Shown here: piece after piece, positions 13,441 to 26,838 of the stretch | Layout of the letters: every line of letters begins with the position of its first letter | Position numbering within the stretch: position 1 is the first letter of the stretch | From: Vermamoeba vermiformis | Taxonomy: Eukaryota | Assembly (NCBI GenBank): GCA_045837725.1 | Contig: JBEWZL010000216.1 | Coordinates: forward strand, 434,001 to 489,670 | DNA length: 55,670 nucleotides | Direction of reading: 5' to 3' | Notes under the pieces: model-generated | The model's input: the letters and a program-made list of their open reading frames with translations, nothing else | Databases searched by the model: none | Told to the model about the DNA's origin: nothing | Program-made: the position numbers and the translations under genes

Positions 13441-15062
13441 TCACATGATCACTTCGTACGGCGCACGATTCACTGAACGCAGTCTCGAGCTCAACACACC
13501 CACAGAAATGAACAGCACCATAATCAGTGCTGCCATCACGCACAGGACGATTGTCACGCCCGGCTGGTCGAGAAAGCGGCAGATTAGGTCTGGTGGTGGC
13601 GGCGCTACGGGTGGGTCTGATGGCGGAGTTAAATCGATATTACTAGGGGTTATTATGACCTACCACCGTGAGTAACGATCACCCACAAAAATTCAAGGGC
13701 GTTGCCGTTGAGACTGAACACGAGCTGATAGAACTCAGACGAGGGCCAATCACCTACATTACTCGCGTTGATCATGTTCTTGGTGAAGTGCACGATTGGC
13801 AGGAAGATAGTGGGCAGGGGCATGAAGCCATTCAGCTGCATGTTCACGGTGAATGATGCGTTGTAAATGGTGCCGTTGATCATGATTTTGGCGTACTCGA
13901 CGTCACCGTAGTACGTGGTGTTGGTGGTAAATGACCAGCGTATTTCACCTGCGTTGAAGCGCACGTCGCCGACAATGTTCAAGTTGTACTTGTACGACAG
14001 TTGAATGACCGTGCCCGGGTACGTGGTCACATTGCCTATGATCGTTCCATAGCCGTCAATCGTACCACTTTGCAAGTCAAAAGACGGTGTAATAATTGTT
14101 GCGTCTCTCATGCCTAGAAAAAAAAAAACGTTAGGTTGATCAATTAATCAAAAAAAATATACTTACGGATCTCCGTGTTGGCCTCTGTAAAGCGGATCGG
14201 GAGTGCAGACGAGATTGTGCAATTAGCAGCCAATAGTAACGGGCATTTTACTTCGAGTTGGTTCGCGGAAAGCACTGAGAAATCCACCACTTGAATGAAG
14301 TCAAAGTCAGATCCAAGAAATACATAATCCGCTGAGATGGTAGCCTGAGACATTTGTACCGCGGTATTGCGCAGTGGACCTCCGTAAAATGCCAGTTGAC
14401 GTGCCTGCACGGAGCCTGTTAGACAGCCGCTGCCGTAAGAGGTAATCGTAGTGCTGGTCAGAACAGTGGTGAAGGCAGTGGATAAATATCGGCGGATTGT
14501 AACGTTTTGTGCCTATTATATGTTAAAATCAAAACCAAACAGTTCATTAGTACCGTAAAGTTTCCTGAGCCCAACAAAAGAGCATCCACATCCAAGTTTG
14601 GAAAAGATGCAACTCCATTGAATTCGAACGTCTCTCCAAATTCACCTTGACTCAGTTGAAGCGTAGAATTTTTTTGGAGAATTGCAGCTCCTCGCTCGTT
14701 GAGATCTCCAACTCCAAAAGTGGTGGACGAAATAAATAATGTACGTCCTTGGAGACTTGCTCTGATCATAGTAATGTTGATAGGAGCAGTAATTTCTAAT
14801 GCTATATTGCTAACACCTATCGTTACACTATCCCCATTCCCTGCCGATCAGATCAGATCGGTACAAATAAATTAATTTAATTACCTGGAGCTTTTCTTTC
14901 CACCCAATATTTGGCGTCATTAAAATTGCACAGTGTAACGTTAAATATCGAGCATTCATTAGCGAAAGCACCGTCAAAGTGCAGCATTTCTGCTTTGGTA
15001 GAGCCAATCGCTACTAACAAAAACAAGGAGAGTAGCAGGCATGCTCTCGGTATTAACAGCAT
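13441..15062 (-). CDS. Type I membrane or cell-surface protein with beta-rich ectodomain
   Basis: Signal peptide MLLIPRACLLLSLFLLVAIGSTKA, G/T/N/I-rich ectodomain, Pro-rich stalk PPSDPPVAPPPP, transmembrane segment VTIVLCVMAALIMVLFISVGVL, and a short tail ending PYEVIM. Confidence 0.7.
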
Positions 15063-15589
15063 CGTCTCCGTTGTTTTGGTGTTTATGTATAATATTATTT
15101 TGTTGTTCTCGTTGCTAAGCACAAATTTTGTTAAGATCAAACGAAACCAAAAAAAGTAAGAAAGTCCAGGCGAATCGGATCCGCCTCGCTTTCTGTTGGA
15201 TTTTCTTTAAATGGAACTCTGATTGGACAATTATTTATGGAACTTACTGCGAGTTCCACTTTCCACAGCCAAAAATAATTCTGTCCAAACCGGGTTTTTT
15301 GATAGGATAAGAAAAAAAAGGCCGCAGTGCTTGGCTGCTCGGCGATGGATTGGGATGGGTTTTTGACGGGTCTTAGATTCGTAACGTCTACCCAATCGTC
15401 TTAAAACTAACGAAATCAATGGCCGTAGAAAAAAGTAAAAATCTTATCCTGTCCGAAAATAGCTTTGGCAGTAGATTTATTTTTAGCTGTGTCCCAAACG
15501 AAAATATACTAGCTTCCTTTTTTGGCGACTGTATTGTTTTAGTCAAGAAGATTGTTTTATTGTCATGCAACGCCGACTACAAAGGGCAA

Positions 15590-18500
15590 TTACTTGAACT
15601 CATCTTTCAAGTACCACGTCTTTTCAGCCTTGTTTAGATCTGCAACTTGTTTTAACAGATTCTTAAATACCTCCATAGTGTGGCCAGTCACACGTTGTTT
15701 AAACTTCTCGACAAGGTCTTTGCTTGTCGCAGATCCACCTTGATCCACCATGAATTCACGAATGTCCGCCACTAACTTGACGTGATCTTCTAGCGGCTTG
15801 TTTTTCTCGCGAATATTCACAATAGGATTCTTTGCCTTGAGCTCCGCAAGGACATTGCTAGAAGTCAAGCCCGTGTCTGATTGTGAAAATCCTGCGCCCG
15901 CTGATGCATCGTTTTTGACAGGTGTCACCGCTGAACTGACACGCCCAAATCTCGGTTTGTTGTCAGGCGCAAAGCCTCGTTTGCCAGTCCAAGTTGGCTT
16001 GTTGATAGGCAACTTACGAAGTTCTTCTCGCTCCAGTCGCAATTGTTCTGCTGCTCGTCGTGCGTACTCGGTGGTGAGTTGATGCATCGTGTCATCCATC
16101 TCGTTCCAGATCTCGTGGTCACGATCGATTTTACGGCCTGATGACTTCTTCTTTGGCTTTGGTCTGCGCTCATTCTCGCCTTCGAGGCCAATGATCGCAT
16201 CGTGATCTACGGCACCTTGCAGTGCTTTGCCAACGAGTCCTTTCAACAACCAGTCATCGTCACTCGAGCCCTCGTCATTGTTGTTCTGTTCCTCGTGCTC
16301 GCTCTTTTCATTCTTCTCTCCAGCACTACCCTCGTCTACGTGCATGGCTGCGTCACTTGTGTTGCTATTATTGGTGTTCGCTACAGCCTCAGTTTTCGTG
16401 ACACCTGTCATTGCATCAGAGTCCAAGTGCTCGCCAAATATTCTCGACGTCTCGTTCTCTTCGTGCTTGTCGTCGAGCGAGAACAGTTCGCGCAAGTCTT
16501 TGCTTTTGAAGAACGCGTTGGCGCCCGTCAAACTGCCTTGATGTTTGCGTAGAATTCTGTTGGTCAAGAACTGTTTGAAGATTTGTCGGTGATAAATCTT
16601 CTCTTCGATCGTGCCTGAAGTGATCAATCGGAACACGACCACATCTCTGTTCTGACCGATTCTGTACGACCGTTCTCGTGCTTGCAGATCTGTTGATGGA
16701 TTCCAATCAGGGTCGAACAAAATGACGCGATTGGCACCTGTCAAATTGACACCGAGACCACCGACTTTAGTGGTTAACAAGAACACGAAGAGTCCACTCT
16801 CAGGGTCGTTGAACTGTGAAATCAATGACTGACGTGCGCCAATCGGAGTTGTGCCGTCCATTCTGTTGTACGCGTAACCTTCTTCATTGACAAATGCTTC
16901 AATAATATCGAGCATTTGACGCGTTTGAGAGAACACGAGCACTTTGTGCCCTTGTTGCGACCACAGTTTTAAGACCTAAATAGTACGTGATTAACAATGT
17001 GACGCGCGTCAAGCAAGTGAATCAGTACCTGCTTCAGCACTTGCAACTTGGCTGAGCGTTCTATGTGTGACCGTGTGACTTGCAGTCTCGTATTCTCGTC
17101 CTCGCCGTCAATGTTCTCATCGTCATTATTGGCAGTTGTATTTTCGGGCTCGTTGTCACCGTTCACCACTGCAGGACTGTCATCGAGTGTGTGCTCGTAC
17201 TTGTAACTGTATGTCTCCACTTTTCTCGCCCTGACATTTCTTCTGCCATATTTCCTCGCTTTTGACATGTTGCTCTCCTCGTCGTCTTCAATGCCGTGTT
17301 TAGCTTTCTTTGCCTCCAATAACAGCAACAAATCCGGATGATTGCAAATCTTTCTCAGCACGTCAATGCCGTACAACGGATTTTTGAGGCCTTTAATTAC
17401 AGCTTGACCCTCACGTGAACCCAAGAACTTGAGGTACTCTTCTCGTTGAAACTCGGTCAACTTGCAGAACAAGACCTACAGTCGTTAATACGCGAGTTAT
17501 ACTTCCTACAACCCTCTGTGTTCTTACCTGTTCGGTCTTTTGCGGCAGCATTAAGTTGACGTCACTCTTCAATCGTCGCAACAAATAAGGCTTGATCAAG
17601 TCACGCAGCACAATGGCGCACTTGAGTGCCAACTGTCGCTGTAATTTTGTTGCACTGGCGTAGCCTCCACGTGTGATTGGATCCGAGAACTGTCTTTGGA
17701 ACATTGGCAGTGTCTAGTTGAGATTAGACTACTAAAATTAAGTGCGTTAATTGACACTTACTCCAAGTTTGCCAGGGAATATAAAATCGAATAGCGACCA
17801 CAACTCGACTAAATTGTTCTGAATAGGAGCGCCAGTGAGTATGATTCTGTGAGGCGTCAAGAACTGTTTGCACGCAATGGTGATGTTCGCGTTAGGATTG
17901 CGCAACTTGTGGCCCTCGTCCATGATCACGTACGACCATTCAAAGGCCAAGATCACGTCGCTGTAGATGCGCACTGACTCGTAAGACGTAATCACGACCA
18001 GTGGCGCTGTGTCCTTCGGTGAAATAGGTGCTAAAAATCATTCATATGAGCCACTTTGCAACGTCACTAACATTGTTCATACGTACCGACGTATTTGGTG
18101 AATAGACCTGCAAACTGTTCGCCTAAAGGCAACTTGCTTGCTGCGTTTTCGCGTTGACTTTTCTTGACCGAAGTTACTCCGAGTCGATGGAACAAAACAA
18201 TTCTGAAATCAGGAGCCCAGTGATGGAATTCCGAGACCCATTGCTGCATCACTGTCGCGGGACAAACGATCAGCACCATCTTCTTTTTCTTGTGATTGTC
18301 CAACTCGAACACGCCCGAGGATAACAGCGCACTCAAGTAGCCAATCGTGGTGATTGTTTTGCCGAGACCCATTTCATCCGCAATAATTCCGCCACACGCT
18401 TGCTGGTGCAACTCCCACAACCACCTAAACAGGATCACATTAATACCAATTATAACCATATTTGGTCATCACGTGATTTATCGTACCTGACACCGATCAA

Positions 18501-19938
18501 CTGATGTTCGAATAGATTGTTGAACACTCTGTTCGCGAGTTGATAGCCAGGACTGAGTTCTGTCACTTCATCCTCGCGCAGCAGTGTCTTCATCGACTTG
18601 GCTGTCTTGATCCGTTCACTGAAAAAGTCCTCGTTGCTGTCATCTTGCCATGCTGTCAATGCGGATCTTTTCCTCTTGCGACTCTTTGAGGACGATGACT
18701 CATCGCTCTAAGAATTCATTAGGGTCAGTGCTATTAATTAGCATTATACTCGTACCTCTTCAATCTCTTCGTCGTCATCGTCAACTGCATCGATTTGTTC
18801 AACTGGCTCGTCTTCAGCGTCACTGTCAGCAATGCTGTCGTAATCGTCATCGCTGTCACCGTCATTTTTCTTTCTTCGTTTAGCTCGTGGCTTTGTAACT
18901 CGTTTTGTTTTTTTCTTACTACTCGTCCTAGCTTCGTTTGATTGATTTGTAACATTTTCTTCTTCTTTAATGTCTTCTTGTTTAATATTTTCTTCTTGTT
19001 TCGTTGGTGCTTCGTTCGTATTTACATTGTTGGCTTGTTTTTTTGCCGCGTTTCGTTTTGATATTTCCGCGAGATATTTATTTACATTGTCCGTTTGATT
19101 GGTGTTATTTGTGTTATTTACATTCGTGTTTGTGTTGTTATTATTTACAGGGAGTGGAATTAATCGCCTCGTTGGCACTGCTTGTTCTTTATGTAACAAT
19201 GCTTCTTCAAAGCCTAAAAGAATATTTTTAAAAATTGTTTCAAGCGATCGAGATCACGCGAGATCGTACCAGCATCTTCGATAACTCTTTGTTGTCGGAA
19301 TTGATTTAGTTTTTTAATTAAAGCGTTTTCTTGAGCGCGTAGCTCATCGACGTTCCTTTGCTAAATGAAAAATTAGAATTTTATTCTCGGATCTATTCTC
19401 AACTTTTTGACAACTATTCTGTAATAATTTCTCGGAAATTAGCACGACCACAAACCAAAGCAATAATTGGTTGGGTAAGTAAATAATGATTAATAGTCGT
19501 CAAATAATTATTTTAAAAATCGCGTGACATTACCAGCTCAGTAATTTGTTGTTTTAAATTAGATGTCGTAGGTTTGCCGATTTGTCTTATTTTCGCAATA
19601 ATAGCTTGTTTTTTCTGTCTAACATTTTTTAATAATTGTTCGTTCAATTGTTCTTGCTTTTCAAAAGCCGCATCTACTTGTTGCAGAACATTCTGTTCGA
19701 CCTCAGATGTATTGAATGTTTGTACTCCGAGCTGCGCTAATATATCTAATTCTTGTTTTGTAGAGCCTGAGAGCGCCTCTTGTAACGGAACAGACGGGAT
19801 CAAGTTCCGATCAATTCGTAGATTCGGTTCTTGAGCCGCTGCAATCGCTGTGGCTATGTCCGGCTCACATTCCGCGGGTGCTTCATTTACAACAGGCTTT
19901 TCCAAGGTATGTTGTTCCTTTTGTGGTGATGAAGACAT
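15590..19938 (-). CDS. ERCC6: SNF2-family ATPase CSB/Rad26 (transcription-coupled repair)
   Basis: [93 protein letters not shown] and the C-terminal FKNLLKQVA...WYLKDEF are typical of CSB. Confidence 0.92.
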
Positions 19939-20127
19939 TCCAAGTTCAAATAATGGCTGGAACGAGATCGAGGCCAACAAAACCAAGGATTTCAAGAATT
20001 GCTTTTTTATTCTTTAGGCATGTGATGCCTCCACTTGTATACAGGCACGCACGTGACCACTGTGCTCGTCGTCGCTGGCGAAAAATCAAAAATCTATCCT
20101 ATTTTAGAGTTGTGAAGTAGACAAAGA

Positions 20128-21945
20128 ATGGAAGCTCATTCAGTTGACGTACTGATTATTGGTGCTGGCATCCAAGGAGCCTGGTTGCTAAAGGAAGCAG
20201 TCAAGCGAAACCTCAACGCCGTTTTGATCGGCAAGCTTGATCACGCAGGTACGTAAATAGAATCATAGATCTCGGAGAAAAAGCATTTATACAACCTATT
20301 TGAACCATTTAGGCATTATAGTTTGTGGATTTAAATTTTGGTTTGAAATCTGAAACTCTGTAAAAAGCTTACTTTTATAATCAAAACGCTAAATTAATAC
20401 AAATAGGCGAGTCTCTTCATGGCCATAATGTCGTTCCTCTTGGCTATTTCAGTGCATCCGATTCCGCCGTTGAAAACCTTAAAAAATCGTGGGCCGCGAT
20501 GGAAGAGGCATTGAAGCCTTCAGGTGCCATCCGTCATAATGTACCTGTTATTCACAGCTATGCACATGAAGTGCCTGCCCCACCAATGGAAATGTTTAAG
20601 GCATCTGTACGTGAAGACTCTTGGAAGAGACTCAACATGCCCTTCGAAAAGGTACTTACTTATCTATAAGAGTGAACAATGACCTCTCTTATGAATCGAA
20701 CCTTTATCTTCTGAATGAGATTTCTTTCTTTCGGATTTGGTTACCAAATTAGGAAACTTCTTCTCATGCGTGTTTTCAGTTGGAAAATCCTCCTTTCATC
20801 GCCAAGGACCCGCAAGTGTCGTACTACAAAGTTGAAGATAAGGTCGTTGATTGGAGGTAGGTGAACGAGACAGCTTCGGTCATCATTAATTAACACGTGT
20901 CAGACTCTCATTGCAAACGCTGTTGAAGCTGAACGCCTCTCGTGTGTTTGACGGCACTGTTGAAGAGCTTGAGCTGTCCGACGACGGAACTCGTGTGCAA
21001 CAAGTGCGCGTCAAATCGGGTGATGTAAGTGGATGCGCTTGAAGTACTATCGCCTCCGTATTAATTCTATCGCTAGAACACCTTGTTGATCAAGCCCACG
21101 CACTTGTTCATGGCTGCTGGTGCATGGAACTATCGATTGATGTACCATCACGTCAAGTGCAGTGACGCTGCTGCTGTTGCGAAGTTACACAGCAACTTGC
21201 CTAGTAAGTGTTAATTATGAAACACTACATACCTAACTAATGCACAGCCAAGCCTTGCATCGCCAAAGTAGCCATGTTCTGCATTCGCGGCACGGAAGAC
21301 GTGTTGCCGGCCATGTCTGGCGTCTCATTCGGCTCGAGTCCCAAGATGTTGTGGGGTACTGATAAGTCAGACAACGTTGTGACTTGGTACGAGGCATATA
21401 TAGCTCTGCTTTGCATAGGATTGACTTTATGTGCAGGTTCGGAACTCTCGCTCCACCGACTGCTCATCCTGTGGACAGCGCATTTGACCCGAGCGTGCCT
21501 GCTCCAAACGACCCTGAAGTGATTAAAAACACTTGGGCTTTGTTGAAGCGACTTGTACCGAGGTAAGTCGATCGAGATCAGGTTAATACGCTGATTAGTA
21601 CTAACGCCTGATATGTGCAGTTTGGAGCAGAATGTGGACAAGTTGAAATTTGGCTTCTATTATGGCTGGAAGTGCGAGAGTCCCGTCGATCACACCGTGC
21701 CTAAAGTGCCTTATGTCACGAACTTTGGCCTCACCAACACTTCGTTTGTGTTCCCTGCTGGCTGGCCCAACACTCCCATGGCCTCCGATCAAGCGTTTGC
21801 CGCGCACTCGTTCACTGAAGGACGCGCCACAGACCTGCCAGCCTTCACTAAGCTGTTGAAGCCTTACACCGATGTGCCTGTCAGTCACGTGGAGACTATA
21901 TCTCTTGAGTCTTTTGCAGAGTTCAAGGCCAAGTACGGTTTGTAG
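20128..21945 (+). CDS. FAD-dependent oxidoreductase (DAO-like), multi-exon
   Basis: N-terminal DVLIIGAGIQG dinucleotide-binding motif, internal FMAAGAW, and a C-terminal exon ending KAKYGL. Confidence 0.75.
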
Positions 21946-22066
21946 ACTTTTTTGGTGGATCTGGTCGTCAAGGTCGAGTTTTCGGTGAAAGTTGAGCTCA
22001 TTTAGGATCCGAATTCTAAATAAAGCTCTTTTCGCAAATTTTTAGCTCATTATCTATACGCACAAT

Positions 22067-24450
22067 ATGCAGTACAAGACGTGGGTGCCCAAATACTACG
22101 AAGACTTCGTCTCGGACGATGACTCGAGCTGCGACTTGAATCCGCTACAGACTTCTCATCGCCGCAAGCTCCGCAATCGAATGTTTAGAAAAGTACGTCA
22201 AATAGCTGATTATTAAGATACGATGACATTAATTGTTACTCCCACAGCGCAAATTGTCGGAAGTAAACGACGACGATCTGAGCTCGCTGAATGTCACCGA
22301 ATTGAAAGAAAAGTGTCGCGTGTTGGGCGTCAAGACTGGTGGCGATAAAGTAAGACCAATTTAATGAATCGACGCCGATCTAACTCAAATTTGAGGCGAC
22401 TTTACTTGCCCGAATCAAAGCCGCTCAAAATGAACCAAACGTGAAGAAGAAAAAGACAGGTAATTACCATCAAAAATAATCAGGTTTGTTTTTTGAATCG
22501 CGATCTGATCAAAAAACTCACAGAAAGCGCTGAAATTTCAAACAAAATTCGCGAAGGTTTGTTACATTTTTTTGGCCCAGCAGCGGTCGAAAAGAAGCCT
22601 AAATATCACGAGCCCGAAGCCAAAGATGTGTTTGACGAGTCCTGGCCTGAAGAAGATGAGCGACCATTGCCTTTTCTGGAAGAGGCGGCTGAGAACCTTC
22701 AAGCGTAAGCACTTCCAAATCAGGAAATAAAAAATGTACCCACGTACTGACAATGCATTAGTATGCTCCAAGCTGACGAGATCTTCGCCATTAAAGGCAC
22801 TCTTTGGCAAGATCCAAAGATTGTGTTGAAAAGCGCGAAAATGTACTCGGCGATCAACTTTCCGCTGAACGATGCTGCAATTCAACTTATCAACAATATA
22901 GTACGTAATCTTATCAATACTATAGGACCTAATGATGGTTCAGAGCAATGATGCACCGTTCGGCATGGGTGAACTAACAGTCGTGGACTTGAACGTGCGT
23001 CGCTGTCGCGAGATCACTACGGACAAGTTTGAAATCACCAATCCAGACTGGAAGAATTTGTTTTCGAGTTCCAGGACCAGCAAGTTGATGGAAGAGATCA
23101 GAGTCGAACTCTCGCCCAACAACACGGAGATAGTCGCTGAGCTGTACAAGCTCTTGTTCTATCCCACTGGCAGCTTTTTCACGGACCATGTGGACACGCA
23201 ACGAGGTAATCGTTAGAGTTTGAAGCACAATATTTTGATTGACACGTGTCATTGCAGATCCACTCATGTTCGGCACCCTGGTCGTTGATTTGCCAAACAA
23301 CGCGAGTGGTGGCGAACTGTCAGTCTATCACAACAACAAGCACATTCAATTCACCAAGGAGAAACGCAAACAAACCATGTGGGTGGCTTTTTATTCCAGT
23401 TGCACGCACAATGTGGCTCCAATCTTGAGCGGGCAAGTTGATGAACCAATCAATCTCTTACAAGCACACTAACAATCTGTACAGCTACCGATGTGCTCTA
23501 GTGTACAACCTTAGAAGAGTAGGCGAGCCCATTGGATATCCGCTGACGAATTGGGCCACCAGACTCGTGCGCGAGTTCGACAAAGTGTTCGAGTTTGGTG
23601 ACGAGGAAGAGTACGGCGAGGACTTTGCCATAGCACACTTGCTCGATCACAAGTACGCACTGTCGCACATTGTACCCACCGCGCTCAAAGGCCAAGACGC
23701 AAAAGTGTTCCACGCACTGAAACAAGCCAACAGGTTTGATCTGTTGCTGCTTCCAATTCAAATAGAGCGCAGTGGAATTGGCGGCGATGGTGAGGTGACT
23801 GAGAGTTCAGAGGCAGAGGAGGTCATTGAGGATGATTGGCAGACGCCAATAGTTGAGACTTATCCCATTGACCCATCCAAACCGGCTCATGGTGGCGTGC
23901 ACAAACAGAGCTATGCTGTCCTAACTAAGGCACCGCTTGAGTGTAGGTGCTATTATTGAGTGATTAATCGTTAGACTAACTCTTTTTGCAGCCATGTCCG
24001 TGCGATGGATTGAAGACCAAGAACACCTGAAGAAGACCAGAAAAATTGCACGTGCCATCAGTCCTACTGGCAACGAAGGCACCAGTGCGCTAATGTTCTA
24101 TGTGAGTTACCTAAGCCAAACTAAACAAACGATCTAATAGGCTTTAGGTTCACGCTGCACTGCTTGTGCGTCGCAAGAAAGGAAGTGAAACCAAAGTTTT
24201 TCCTGCAGGTGTTGTCGTACCCAATCCTACGATTGAATATTACGTCGCCAACACGAACACCAACATCCAACAAGCTACTGACGATCTTGCCCCGACTGCT
24301 GGAGTGACGAGCAAGACGCAGACTAATGTCGCAGTGGTAGACTTGGACAAAGAGGAGAATGACATGGAGCGCTTGGAGCAGTTAGAACAACAAGTTGGTG
24401 ACTTGCTCAAACGAGTCGCGCAGTTAGAAAAGAAGTTGCTGAGGAAATAG
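22067..24450 (+). CDS. SAP-domain + 2OG-Fe(II) dioxygenase with C-terminal coiled coil
   Basis: SAP motif LSSLNVTELKEKCRVLGVKTGGDK|ATLLARI. Oxygenase motifs YKLLFYPTGSFFTDHVDT (HxD), GGEL and CTHNVAPILSGYRCALVYNL (distal H and R). One GC-AG intron at 23433-23484. Confidence 0.8.
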
Positions 24451-24501
24451 TCGTTTGAATTACATAACTAAAGCATTTTTCGTTTTATTTACAAGGCTGC
24501 A

Positions 24502-26692
24502 TCATGTTGTTCCTGTTTTCCCTGAGTCATCAACCGTGAACAAAAATGAATCCAAATTCAGCTCAAGTTGCAAGGCTTCGGAATTATTCACTCCGGCCTC
24601 GTGCACTTCATCGTCGGGGTAACTTCCGCTCTCCCCCTTTGCATTATCATCTTCATATTCAACCACGCGAGGGACTTGTGGTGTGACAAATCCGTCCCGA
24701 GCGCTGTACAGTGACTGCAAGACCTCAGCACTCTTCTCGCGATAGATCGTTAGCTGAGGATAGAAATAGCACCACGACACCATGTTATTGGCCGCTGAAA
24801 CTTTCGTCGTTGCCAGTAACAGACCTTGGACTAGACCGGCCGAATCTACTTTGGGCAGCAATTGTAATAACTAGATCGAATTAACACAACCTTTTAAACG
24901 ATTACTATTGTTGACTGTACCTGCTGAAACTCCTTCGTAAACGTGCCAAACAGCATGTAATATTGACCAACGATCAGCAGCGGTGCTAAGGTGAAGTAAG
25001 GATGGTCAATCAAGATTTCAACCGGATTTGATACCAGCGTCAACATTTGCTGCGATACCTACGGTGAGTGATGAGCCAATTTATCGCTTAGATGAGCTTT
25101 ATCATTATAGTTACCTCGTGAGCGATGTCATCTTGCAAGGCGATCATGTACACGAGCACCTTTGCGGCACTTAAGCGCATTAATAACATCTGTTGCATGG
25201 GCGATTGAAGCTTGAGGACCAATCTCTCGGCAAAACTGAGCAGTGTCAACATTTTTCTGATGTTGTTGGGCAACACAAAATCAATGTTCATGCTGTTAAT
25301 AGCTTGTATTGACGACACTAGGACCTATAAATGGCATTAGAATACTCATATTCATGAACAACTACTGACGTGGTTTTCTATGTGAGCAACGGCAAAAGAA
25401 CAGTATTGATCGTCGCTGTCATTATTTAAATCATTGACTATAGTCTCGAGCAAACTCCTACAATACAATCGCTGTCAATAAAAACCTTACGACTAAACTA
25501 CGTACAAGTTGTGAGCGTGCAGAGCTTGTTTGACAGTACTGTATCGTTGAATGACGTTGATGTCAACAACCTCTTTTGCTGACGTTGATTTCTTTTTCAA
25601 AATGTCAGCCATCACTAGTGCTCGATGGTTATACGCCTGATCGCGTTCTTCGTCTCCTGAACTTGCGTAATAGCCCGACAGCACAAAGTTCCTGGCACAG
25701 ATGTACGGACTGGTTTCATCGAATAGCGATTGCATAGAAGATCTAAAAGAATTAAAATTGTTGTTTTGGAAGCCTTTTCTGATCTTACTCGATTTTGCTG
25801 ATGAACATATTTGCGTGAGCTTGATTGCCTGAAATTAGGGCTCCAACACCAAAAATAGAATTCATCAACGGGCTGCGCATGTCCTCTGCTCAAAGATCTG
25901 GTTAATTATTCGCTTGTTGGATGTTTTTTCTTACGCTTTTTGTAATAGTCGTTCAAATTTTGAAAAGGCGGACGAACTTGCAAGAAGGCGAATCCCTTAT
26001 CAAAGTACACGGTGATGTACGTGTTCAAAGTATTCATATTCGTCATGTGTCCGCTCAGTTTCATGTCTCTATGCTGTTTAATTCCATCCTAATTTAGTAA
26101 TTTCGCGCTCGAGTTTGGAAAGGATATCGAATTGCTTACCTCCATACTGTTGCTCATGTTTTGAAATTTCCTTTCAAGGGCTTCATTTCGTTGTTTTTGC
26201 TCGCCGAGTTCAGTTCTAAGTTTTTTGATAATTTGTCGTAGTTCCGTTGCTCGACCTGACGCGTGTCATTATCATTGAAAATACCACGATCGTACCTTGT
26301 GTAGGGCCTGGCTTCCGGCGAGTAGCATAAACGCATTCTATTTTTTTCGCAAGACACCGTGAGCACGGATCCTTTCGATCGCCTGGATCCCCGTCAAAAA
26401 TTACAAAGAAGAATACACAATTATATTGTAGTACTTCAGATATCAATTACAAAGCAAGATGCCTCTGAATAAGTTTTAAATATGAAATAAAATATTTTTT
26501 CCTTCTGCAAACAAAAAAATAATAAATATACGTCAACGCAGTTTGCAGGTTTTTGTTTCTAGAAACTTTAAGCATTAGAGGCGCGATCTGATCTTGACAC
26601 TTACACTTCACTTTGATAGCCCTACAGGGTGCGCATGCTATGCGGTTACTGCTTATTTTTGGCTCCTCTTCAGACGAAGAGTTGTGTTCCAT
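24502..26692 (-). CDS. Zn(II)2Cys6 binuclear-cluster transcription factor
   Basis: IACAPCRAIKVKC, split by an intron from DRKDPCSRCLAKKIECVY..RRKPGP, gives six Cys in Gal4-type spacing. A helical middle region follows. Confidence 0.8.
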
Positions 26693-26838
26693 GTTGCTTC
26701 ATGTTGATCTATGGATTGAAAATGACCAACAACGGATCTTGCAAGATTATAATTTGAAATTTCCTCCCATCAACCAGAAAACTCGTTGCGTTTGTTATTT
26801 TTCATTACGAACGTTACTAAAACAACTGCGTGACACAA

